Shown here piece after piece: positions 36,032-46,900 of a stretch of DNA of 64,000 bases. Both the position numbers and the translations under genes were made by a program. Location of the stretch: positions 1,240,001 to 1,304,000 of the forward strand of contig JBBPEB010000007.1 of NCBI GenBank assembly GCA_039096225.1. The letters are read 5' to 3'. Under the pieces are notes generated by a model. The model had not been told where the DNA came from and made no database searches. It worked only from the letters and a program-made list of their open reading frames with translations. This DNA is from Blastocystis sp. Blastoise. Its lineage: Eukaryota > Protista > Bigyra: Opalinata. The stretch's first letter is position 1. The number at the start of each line of letters is the position of its first letter.

Positions 36032-36559
36032 ATGGAAATTCCTGATAGTCTTTCTGCCAGTTTATCCCCTTTCGGTCAAGCCATGATATCCCCCTTGTTG
36101 AATCCATTTGAAAATAGTGTTTCTGCAAATCCTATGGCTTTACCCAATGATAATGATTTCTGTTTTAATTCGCGTGACGAAATCATGTTTGAAGATCCAC
36201 CTCAAGAAATTCATCCAATCAATGATGTTTACGTATCTAAAAATCCAGATAGATATCATTCGGTTAACAATCAACCAATACAATTTCAAGATCAAGTAAA
36301 TACAAATCCTAATAAGCAAGCATTATTATTTACAAATGAGGAGTTAACAAATATATCCAGTCAATTCGAATCTTTATTTCAAACTATGGAAACGGCTGAT
36401 AATATATTAAATAGTATTTATTGTACTGTTGATCATTTAAAAACAAAGATTGAAAGTCAGAAACAAGATTTAAAACAGATTCATGATGATTCTAAAGAAA
36501 TTGTTTCATTATTATCCGAATATTCTATTCCTTCTATGTCTGAAATATTTGATCATTAA
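36032..36559 (+). CDS. Viral hypothetical acidic/coiled-coil protein (175 aa)
   Basis: ATG ORF divergent from 35633; followed by TTGTTTTGTT at 36582. Confidence 0.7.
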   Translation: MEIPDSLSASLSPFGQAMISPLLNPFENSVSANPMALPNDNDFCFNSRDEIMFEDPPQEIHPINDVYVSKNPDRYHSVNNQPIQFQDQVNTNPNKQALLFTNEELTNISSQFESLFQTMETADNILNSIYCTVDHLKTKIESQKQDLKQIHDDSKEIVSLLSEYSIPSMSEIFDH

Positions 36560-36757
36560 TTTATTTATTTAATTAATTATTTTGTTTTGTTTATTTTTTT
36601 TTTTTTAAATTAATTACACAAAGTTTAAATGGAGAATAGAATAGTTTCAAATAGAATTCTTGAATGGTCTAATGGATCTATTAAAGAAATATGTAACCAC
36701 AGTATCATGGTTCGATTCCGTTAAAATGTTTCCATTAGATTATTCAAGTGTTCTTTT

Positions 36758-36807
36758 TTTCTAGAACCTTCTCGAACATTCTAGAACCTTCTCGAACCTT
36801 CTCGAAC
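36758..36807. promoter_or_regulatory. HSE array (10 pentamers) upstream of the putative SSB
   Basis: (TTCt[a/c]GAAc[c/a])x5. Confidence 0.8.
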
Positions 36808-36882
36808 ATTGATTCATTTGAAAAGAATATCTAAATATATTAGTATTAAAATACTTATATTTTTACTAAATACTTAACTAAA

Positions 36883-37476
36883 ATGTCTTCAACTGAATTT
36901 AAGAAACCTGCTATTCTTGATACTTCTAACTTTAATTTACAATGGGATGACACCAAAGAAAATGCTGTTCTTTTAAATAATAATCATCGTGTATGTATTT
37001 CTACTGATGCTACACCATGTTTATTTGGTTATATTGTTACACGTGATAAATGGACTTTATTAACAATTGAAGATGATAATCAAGTATTCTTAACTGCTTA
37101 TAAAGAACTTTATCGTAAATTATGTGAATTATGTCCTGATGGTGATATTGTTAATTTTGTACGTATGGATAATGGTAAATATAAGATTACAATTAAAGTA
37201 CCTATTAATGCATCGAAGAATGTTACTATTGATATTACTGATAAAAGAGATAAGAAGATTAATATCGGTAAAGATCCTAAGTTAACTTACGAAGAAATAC
37301 GTGAAAAGTATATTCCACCAAATACGTTATGTAAAGTATTATTTACAATACATGGTATTCATCGTTATAATAACAAGTATTATATTGGTTTATATGCTCG
37401 TTCTATTAAAGTCATCGATAAATCTACGAAGAATACTAATAGTAATGATACTATTATTGATTTAACTAATTTATAA
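36883..37476 (+). CDS. Putative OB-fold single-stranded DNA-binding protein
   Basis: C-terminal IPPNTLCKVLFTIHGIHRYNNKYYIGLYARSIKV resembles T7 gp2.5-like/NCLDV SSB beta strands; acidic-hydrophobic tail; lies in the replication block. Confidence 0.45.
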   Translation: MSSTEFKKPAILDTSNFNLQWDDTKENAVLLNNNHRVCISTDATPCLFGYIVTRDKWTLLTIEDDNQVFLTAYKELYRKLCELCPDGDIVNFVRMDNGKYKITIKVPINASKNVTIDITDKRDKKINIGKDPKLTYEEIREKYIPPNTLCKVLFTIHGIHRYNNKYYIGLYARSIKVIDKSTKNTNSNDTIIDLTNL

Positions 37477-37551
37477 ATTTTTAATGTTAAATTTATTTTT
37501 TATTAATATATTTGTTTTGTTTATAAATAATTTTATAATTGAAATAAAAAA

Positions 37552-39180
37552 ATGCAAAGTTGTATATTAGGAATGCCAAGTCCTGGTACTTTTGGTATGA
37601 ATTTAATTTCAACTGGAAAAGAATATAGGCGATATAATACACAACCATTACATAAAATGGATCAATATAATCCAATATTTCATGAAATAGGTCCAAATTC
37701 ATCTATGCCTGTGTCTACTTTAGAAAGTAAAGAAATACATGATGGTAAAGAAGATGATTATGTAGATCGTTCTAAAACATTTGGTAAAGATGCTGTTCCA
37801 CAAGGAAATGGTGCTTTAATTCGTGCTAGAGCAGCAGGTAAAGGTGTAATGAAAGCAGCTGGTCCAGAAGAAGATAAAATAGATGGTGAAGATCGTCAAT
37901 ATAAAGTATTAAATCCTTGTAAACCAAGACGTAAATCTGGTAGAGGAATTATTCCAAATAAATCAGAAATCAATAAATTAGAGAATAATCAAGGTTCTGG
38001 TATTGGTGATGCAATTAAAAATAAAGTAAAAGATATGTATCAACGAAATGTATTAGATATAAGAGATGCTATTGTAGATAAAAAAGCTAATAGAAAAGCT
38101 CGTGATGCATTAGCTATTTTAGCTCAATATGTTGGTGATGGTCATCATGATCTTGATGATGAATTCAAAAGATTCTATGAACATAAAATTAAACGTGGTG
38201 GAAAGATTCCTATATCTGTTGCTTCAGCAATTATGAATGCAATTAAAAATAAGAAAATGATTAAGAATCCAAAATTAAGAAGAATGTTAAGACCTTCAAT
38301 TATACCAAAATATATAGATTTAGATTCAGCTCAAAGTGGTGATGGTATATTAAGAGTTAAAAGAGGTGGTGGATTCTGGAGTGGAGTAATGAATTATGCA
38401 CCAGCTCTATTAGGTGTAGTTGATAAAGGTATGGATTCTTTTGCTAAAGGTAGAAAAGCTTATTATGATACACATTTGGCACAACAGTCAAGTGAATTAA
38501 ATGATATGGAATTTGAAATGGAAAAATTAAAACGTCAACAAGCATTAAATGAAATGAAAAAACAAATAGGTTCAGGAAATACTATAAATAAGATGTTTGA
38601 AGGATATTATGATGTAGCTGATGAAATGCAAGATGCTCTTGATGAAGATGATAGATTACATCCACAACCCGTTGTTCAACCTCCACCACCTCCACAACAA
38701 CAAGTTGTTAGACCTCCTCAACCTCAACCTCCTCAACCTTATAAGCCAATGTCTCGTGATGAACAAAGTTATTATTATAAGATTTATGGTTTCCCTCAAA
38801 ATGATAAGGAGAAAGTCGATAGAAAATGGAAAGAAGATGAAAGGGATAAACGAATAGCTGCAAGAAGAGCTAAACGTAGAGGTTATGGTGGTCGAGTTAA
38901 ATTAAGTAAAGCAGAATTCTTAGAACGAATGAGAAGAGGAAAAGAAGCTAAAAAGAAAAGAGGTGGTGATTTACCTCCATTGGTAACAGCTTATACAGAT
39001 TTTGTAATACCTGCACAAGTAGAACAAAGGAAACGTAAAGTAGCTAAAAATGATTTAAAACAATTACAAACAATAAAACAGAAAATGGATAATAATGAAA
39101 TATTAGATAGAGGTGAGCAAATGTTTTGGAAAGAAAAGAAGTATATGTTATCAAAAAACTCAGGGGAGGGGATCTGGTAA
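37552..39180 (+). CDS. Putative virion core polyprotein with many GxG/GG cleavage-like motifs
   Basis: QGNGA, AGKGV, SGRGI, QGSGI, RGGKI, SGDGI, RGGGF, IGSGN, YGGRV, RGGDL; basic segments, an amphipathic FWSGVMNYAPALLGVV helix and a Pro-rich tract. Confidence 0.7.
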   Translation: MQSCILGMPSPGTFGMNLISTGKEYRRYNTQPLHKMDQYNPIFHEIGPNSSMPVSTLESKEIHDGKEDDYVDRSKTFGKDAVPQGNGALIRARAAGKGVMKAAGPEEDKIDGEDRQYKVLNPCKPRRKSGRGIIPNKSEINKLENNQGSGIGDAIKNKVKDMYQRNVLDIRDAIVDKKANRKARDALAILAQYVGDGHHDLDDEFKRFYEHKIKRGGKIPISVASAIMNAIKNKKMIKNPKLRRMLRPSIIPKYIDLDSAQSGDGILRVKRGGGFWSGVMNYAPALLGVVDKGMDSFAKGRKAYYDTHLAQQSSELNDMEFEMEKLKRQQALNEMKKQIGSGNTINKMFEGYYDVADEMQDALDEDDRLHPQPVVQPPPPPQQQVVRPPQPQPPQPYKPMSRDEQSYYYKIYGFPQNDKEKVDRKWKEDERDKRIAARRAKRRGYGGRVKLSKAEFLERMRRGKEAKKKRGGDLPPLVTAYTDFVIPAQVEQRKRKVAKNDLKQLQTIKQKMDNNEILDRGEQMFWKEKKYMLSKNSGEGIW

Positions 39181-39272
39181 AGAGTAAAGATGAAAAACTT
39201 ATTCAAAATTCAATGAATTGTGATAATCCTATTATATCTGATAAAACTCGTCATGTTACTCCTAGATCCCCT
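39153..39272 (+). other. Predicted -1 programmed ribosomal frameshift signal
   Basis: A_AAA_AAC at 39153-39159 in frame 0, a 7-nt spacer, then stem AGGGGATCTGG..GAGTAA..ATGA pairing with TCAT.TTACTC.CTAGATCCCCT (39251-39272). Confidence 0.7.
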
Positions 39273-39644
39273 GATAATTTCAAACAAACTCTATCTCAAT
39301 ATTGTAATATACCAAATTCTCTAATATCTCAATTATATAATTATGCTTATTTAAATAAACCTACCTCATCTGTTGCTTGTGATCGTGCTGAAAATGTTAT
39401 GAAACAATTAAATAAAACAAATTCTCAATCTTATAATTATTATAATAGTTATGATGATTTTGAACAAAATATAGATCAAGATCAAACTAAATTTAATATG
39501 ATCTTCCATGAAAGTCCTAGTGATCCTTATAATGGTCATTTTGAAGCTGTTATTTATAATGGTAATAAAAATATAGAACACTATTCATCATTAGGAAATA
39601 AACCTACTTTTTCAAAATCATTTATTCAAAATCATAATATTCAA

Positions 39645-42600
39645 CAAGCGTTTCACGACTGGCTACGCCAGCCTACGCTTGAGTTTTGATAGTTGTCATC
39701 TCTTAATTATTATATTTTATGTTGATTTTTTTTTAAATATTATGTTTATTTTTATGTTTTTGTTATTCATTTCTATTTTTTTATTTTTAGGATGAAGACT
39801 ATTTCATATTTTATAAATTATTATTTCAATTGTTTTAGTTGTTATCTTCTATTGTTTAGTTATTAGTTTAGTATATTCTAAATAATTTAATTCACAATTT
39901 ATTCATAATTCCTATTTAACATTTTATATTACATTTTTTGAGTATTATTTCCTTTTTTATTTAGTATTATTTTAGCTATTTTTATTATTGATTATATATA
40001 TTTATTGTTTATTAATGATAATTGATTAGCTCTTGTGTTTTAGTTTTGATCTTATTCATATTTCTATTTCTATTTCTATTTCTATTTCTATTTCTATTTC
40101 TATTTCTATTTCTATTTCTATTTCTATTTCTATTTCTATTTCTATTTCTATTTCTATTTCTATTTCTATTTCTATTTCTATTTCTATTTCTATTTCTATT
40201 TCTATTTCTATTTCTATTTCTATTTCTATTTCTATTTCTATTTCTATTTCTATTTCTATTTCTATTTCTATTTCTATTTCTATTTCTATTTCTATTTCTA
40301 TTTCTATTTCTATTTCTATTTAGTTTTTAGTTTTCAATATTAATTCACTTTTCTTTGTTATTTCATTTATAACTTTCTATGTATTTTATCAATTCATTTA
40401 GTTTTATAAATATTTAGTATTTTAAATAATATCAATATGATTATAAAATACTTTTTCTTTTAAAACATATTATTATCACTTATACCCTACCTTTAAATAT
40501 TTATGTTTTATTTGAATTAGTCTATATAATTATTATTGTGAGAAATAGCTTATTCTCTTGTCTAAAAAAATATTATATATTCTTTTTTATTCTTTTCATA
40601 TATTGTTTTGTTTTATTTTTAAAATATTATAATTTTGATATCTATTTGTTTTTTTATATTTTATCCTTTCCTTTTATATATACTATTATATAAATATTTT
40701 AGAAATTTTATTATACAGCTTTTCTCAATTAATAAATGTTTAATTATATAAATAGTAATCATATCTTGATATTATTTGATAAATATTATAATTTTTCTTT
40801 TATTATACTTATTTTAGTTTGAATTATTAATACAAAAGTACTCTTAATAATTAAAAGATATTTATTACTTTATATAATAAACAAAAAAATTAGAGTCTTA
40901 TTTTAATATTTATCATTAATAGAATCTATTCGTTTTAAGTAAAAGAGAATATTTATAGAGAAATTATCTTTTCATTATTTAAAATTAATTAATTCAAGTT
41001 TAATTCAATTTTTATAGTGTTATCAAAATCATTTCATTAAATGAAACGAAAAACTAAATATAAACCAAAAATTACATTCCATTTCATAACTAAATAGATT
41101 TAAATACTTTGGAAACTTTACCTATTATACATAAAATATAGTTTATAAAACAAATAAGTTATTTTTAAAAAACTCTAAAAGATTTTAACGTTTTTAAATA
41201 CACATATCCACTTTTATTAAAACGAATTTTATATTAATATACATATATATTTAATTTATTATTTTAATTTGTAAAAAATAACTTGAATCTCTTTTGTTTT
41301 AAGTCACAATTACAAAGAATGAGTTCTTTTGAAAGACAAAAAACATTCTTTAAACAATAATAATTTTGTATTTAGTGACATAAAAACGTATTATACAGTT
41401 TTAGAAACAATTAAAATCTTTTTACCCATTTTAACACTCCTATCAAACAGTCAACCATGTTTAATTAAACTAATTTTTAATATTTTATATTCTATAATAA
41501 GTCTATTTATTATTATTATAAAAAGTGACTTGAATCTCTTGACTTAACTATTGTAATTCTAAAAAAATAATTTTTTGAACAACTTAAAATGTTTATTTAT
41601 TGTAGATTTTAATATAAAATACTCTAAAAACACTCAATATATACTTATTGTAACCATTTTAGAAAAATAGACTCATTTTAACATTTTGGTCAAACACACA
41701 ACCACCTTTATTTCAAACAATTCTTTTATTATTATAAACATTAAACACTCTAATACTCATTTTTATAAAAAGTGTATTGAATCTCTTCACTTAAGACAGT
41801 CAAACAGACAATTCAAAATTATTTTATCCTTTAAACTCATTATAAAGTGATAATATTTATAGAATTGCTTTGATATGTGGTTTAGGACATATTTAACTAC
41901 TTTTTTCAAAATTATGAGTCAACATGTGCATATACTCATACACTCGTCTAACTTATTTTTGACTAATTTTTTGAGAAATGCAATACATATAATGTCTAGT
42001 TTTCAAATATGTAAAAATTAATTGTCAAATATGAATTTGATTTGTCAACTTTCGGAAAATTTTTAGAAAAATGATTTTTCAATTTTCAGTTTTTTAACAT
42101 GTTATACTATTGACTCTACTGAACTCATTTCTTAATTAATTTTAAATGTTAAAATTTATATTATTAATATGTGTTATTCTCTATATTTATTTGCTAAAAT
42201 TATATTAAATAATTAAATATTGACTGAGAAATTAATGTTATAAAGTATACCCTTTTTTTCAAAAATTAATTTTTTTATGTTTTGCATATATAATTTTTTA
42301 TCTCAAAAGTTATTTAATATTTTGATAATATTTTTATAAATATATAAACTATAGGTTGTCTAGTTTATATATAAGTTTTATTTATTTTTTAAAAATTAAT
42401 ATTGATGGAGAAATTGTCAAAATAAACTATAGTATCCAAAATGCTTTCTTCTTTTTAAACGACTTATTTCACTAATTAAAGATAATTAAAAGCATATTTA
42501 TTTATTTAAAGCATATTTATGATATTTACAACTTAGTAAGACTGATAACTTACTTTTTAGAACAAACATTGTCTGTATCAGTTCAACATGTTGTCCTAAC

Positions 42601-43867
42601 TTTTTCAAATAAATCATATTCAGTGTCCATGAATGATTCTAAACACTAATTAAAACGTTTTAAGAGTTTATTGAGTTAACATTGTCTGGTGATCTGTTGT
42701 CACAGTCTTTTAAAAACAAAATAAAATTATAAAATATGTTTATTTTGATATATAGTTTTTAAATATAAAGTCTAATGTCAAATAAAATTGTTAATGATGA
42801 AAATATAAACAAAAAACAAATGAAAACTTTTTAAGAAAATTTTTTGAAAGTCATTTTTTATTGAGTTCAACTATTGACTCTTGTCACCTGAGTTTTCAAT
42901 TAATTAAAAAAATGAAAAATATGTATCTGCTATGACATGTCTAGTTTCTAAATATGTTCTAACTTTTTTATTTTATTAAGAATTGATTGAGAAATCACAA
43001 TAACAAACTATACCCTTTTTTGAAAATTTTCATTTTTATGTTTTTCATATAAATGAATGTTTCTCAGTCAATATTAAATATTTAGATAAAATAAAAAATA
43101 TGTATCTGCAATAGCTTATCTTAATTATAATTATACTTTTATTTTTAAAAAATACCCAAAACTCAAGGAGAAAGACGAATAACAAACTATACTATCAAAA
43201 CATCAAAATTTCTATTATCAAATATTTTCTTATTAAAACATATTATTAAAATATAAAACATATTTATGACGGATACAGAGTTAAATAAATACATTAAAGC
43301 TCAAATAAATTTATAAAGAAGGAATGTGTCGGATATCAGTTTGACTTTTGTTGTTATTTAAAGGAATTATTGTGGTTTCAGAGTAGTTGAGGTCAGTATC
43401 ATAACAACTGAAACCATTTTAGAGTTTATAGTTAGTGATGTGTGTATTGATATGTTGTCAAGTTGTAAATATAAACAAATTTACCCGTCAAAACTATTTA
43501 TAAGACTAACCCGTCAATAAAAGTCAATTTTATAAAAATAAATATAGAGTATGTGAAGTGATATAGGAAAAATAAGAAAACAATAAAAAATGAAAATGGA
43601 AAAATAAGTGTTTTTATAAAAATGAAAAATATTGGATAAAATAAAAATAATCCAATAATTTTGGTTAAAATTTTGTGCGAAAATGGTTTTTTGCGATTTT
43701 TAGCCAGAAATTTAGAGTTTTTGAAAAATTTCTTTAACAGTCATTTTCAGAATTGTGTTCCGGATTTTATGATGTTATTTTTATTTTATAAAAGTTAATA
43801 ACAAAGTCAAGAATAGTGAAAGTCTGTGAGACACCGTACGCTACATGAACTAAATTAAGGATATTAA
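39645..43867 (-). mobile_element. Non-autonomous Helitron-like element, family A, copy 2 (4223 bp)
   Basis: Minus strand 5'-TTAATATCCTTAATTTAG...hairpin GGCTGGCGTAGCCAGTC..CTTG-3'; inserted at A|T with no TSD; no long ORF. Confidence 0.8.
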
Positions 43868-43920
43868 TATAATCCTATTCAACACCAAAAAACTACAAGT
43901 AATGCAAATGGTTGCTTTTA

Positions 43921-46900
43921 TTAATATCCTTAATTTAGTTCATGTAGCGTACGGTGTCTCACAGACTTTCACTATTCTTGACTTTGTTATTAACTTTTAT
44001 AAAATAAAAATAACATCATAAAATCCGGAACACAATTCTGAAAATGACTGTTAAAGAAATTTTTCAAAAACTCTAAATTTCTGGCTAAAAATCGCAAAAA
44101 ACCATTTTCGCACAAAATTTTAACCAAAATTATTGGATTATTTTTATTTTATCCAATATTTTTCATTTTTATAAAAACACTTATTTTTCCATTTTCATTT
44201 TTTATTGTTTTCTTATTTTTCCTATATCACTTCACATACTCTATATTTATTTTTATAAAATTGACTTTTATTGACGGGTTAGTCTTATAAATAGTTTTGA
44301 CGGGTAAATTTGTTTATATTTACAACTTGACAACATATCAATACACACATCACTAACTATAAACTCTAAAATGGTTTCAGTTGTTATGATACTGACCTCA
44401 ACTACTCTGAAACCACAATAATTCCTTTAAATAACAACAAAAGTCAAACTGATATCCGACACATTCCTTCTTTATAAATTTATTTGAGCTTTAATGTATT
44501 TATTTAACTCTGTATCCGTCATAAATATGTTTTATATTTTAATAATATGTTTTAATAAGAAAATATTTGATAATAGAAATTTTGATGTTTTGATAGTATA
44601 GTTTGTTATTCGTCTTTCTCCTTGAGTTTTGGGTATTTTTTAAAAATAAAAGTATAATTATAATTAAGATAAGCTATTGCAGATACATATTTTTTATTTT
44701 ATCTAAATATTTAATATTGACTGAGAAACATTCATTTATATGAAAAACATAAAAATGAAAATTTTCAAAAAAGGGTATAGTTTGTTATTGTGATTTCTCA
44801 ATCAATTCTTAATAAAATAAAAAAGTTAGAACATATTTAGAAACTAGACATGTCATAGCAGATACATATTTTTCATTTTTTTAATTAATTGAAAACTCAG
44901 GTGACAAGAGTCAATAGTTGAACTCAATAAAAAATGACTTTCAAAAAATTTTCTTAAAAAGTTTTCATTTGTTTTTTGTTTATATTTTCATCATTAACAA
45001 TTTTATTTGACATTAGACTTTATATTTAAAAACTATATATCAAAATAAACATATTTTATAATTTTATTTTGTTTTTAAAAGACTGTGACAACAGATCACC
45101 AGACAATGTTAACTCAATAAACTCTTAAAACGTTTTAATTAGTGTTTAGAATCATTCATGGACACTGAATATGATTTATTTGAAAAAGTTAGGACAACAT
45201 GTTGAACTGATACAGACAATGTTTGTTCTAAAAAGTAAGTTATCAGTCTTACTAAGTTGTAAATATCATAAATATGCTTTAAATAAATAAATATGCTTTT
45301 AATTATCTTTAATTAGTGAAATAAGTCGTTTAAAAAGAAGAAAGCATTTTGGATACTATAGTTTATTTTGACAATTTCTCCATCAATATTAATTTTTAAA
45401 AAATAAATAAAACTTATATATAAACTAGACAACCTATAGTTTATATATTTATAAAAATACTAGGGTCACGCCGCAGGTCCGGGGCCTAACGGCACCGGAC
45501 CGCGGCTGCATAAAATAATAACAGTTTGGCTTTTATTTTCTTTTTTTCATTATTATATATTATCTATTATATATTATTATTTATTATCTATTATATATTA
45601 TATATTATATATTATATAATATATAATATATTATATATTATATATTATATATTATATATTATATATTATATATTATATATTATATATTATATATTATATA
45701 TTACTTTAATAACACTTCTTATACTCTATATGGAGAGTTACAATCATTTATTGATTGTAATCAGGTTCAATTCCTGATATAAGAATTAAATAAATTCTTT
45801 AAATGATATCAAAAAAACTAAAAACAATACTTGAAAGAAAATTAAAAAACTATTTTGAATCATTATACATATTATTTATTATTTTTAAAATATATTTTGT
45901 ATTTATTAATAATTAAACAACTGTTTTAAACATTTTGTGAGTTTTTAAAGTCAATAACTTTAGAAATGAGTCACAATGTGAAGAACTCTGAAGTATTTTT
46001 AATTCATAAAAGTTATTTAAATAAACGTAATATAATGATTTAAACTCATTTTCATACTTTTTAAAAGAATTAGAAAGCTTTAATCATAACAAAGTCAGCA
46101 TTCATTCTAACTTTGACTAATAAAACATGGTTTAAAAAGTTAATATTTCTTCAGTTGTCTCAAATACTTATTTTAATCATAAATGACTCGAAAAAGTGAC
46201 TTTTAAATAGACTTTACCCATTCAAGATCCACTGTATCAAAACAGTTTCCGTCAGTCTTTTGATATAGTATAGAGTTTATCATACTATTTATTAAATAAA
46301 AGTAAATGTTTTGAATCTCTTTCTTAAAGACCCTTTTTGACACATTATGAAAAGTTGACACACTTAAATTCATTTTTATAAGCTAATATTTACACACTAT
46401 ACTTAATAATACCATAGCTACACATTGGTCATCACTTTAAGACATTTCGTAAACCTTTTGCATTTGCTCATTTACTTTGACCAAAATATTTTCGTCCCTC
46501 CTTTTGATATAATATAGACTGTGTGGTCTAGTTATATGAAAGTGAGATGGAATTTTGAATCTCGTCCTCTAAGTCAAACATTTTCACATTTTTAAAAATT
46601 AAGACCCTTAGAGTTGATTTTTGAAGTTAATTTTTCTACAGTGTTCCAAAAACACGATTTTGCACAAACTGAAGTAAAAATATTTTTTCAATAACTCTCA
46701 CAACCCTTTACACATGCAGTCTCTAAAAATAGATTTTGCTATATTTTTGATATGTTGTAGAGTGTCTCTTAGTGTATACTGAACAATATCTCGTTTCTTA
46801 AAACTCTCATTTTATGACTCTCTTTAAACATATTTTTACTAATTGAAAGACTTAAACACATTTTTAAAAGCTAATATTCACATAGTAGACTTTATATGAC

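Noticed and set aside
19295-38857. Short alternative-frame or antisense ORFs within viral genes (e.g. 19295-19501, 19905-20249, 22121-22423, 25576-25800, 38621-38857)
   Set aside because: Shadow ORFs expected from codon bias in AT-rich genes; no independent signals.
40022-40330. ORFs encoding poly-FL / poly-IS (also 50215-50523)
   Set aside because: Translations of the (TATTTC)n microsatellite inside the Helitron-like element.
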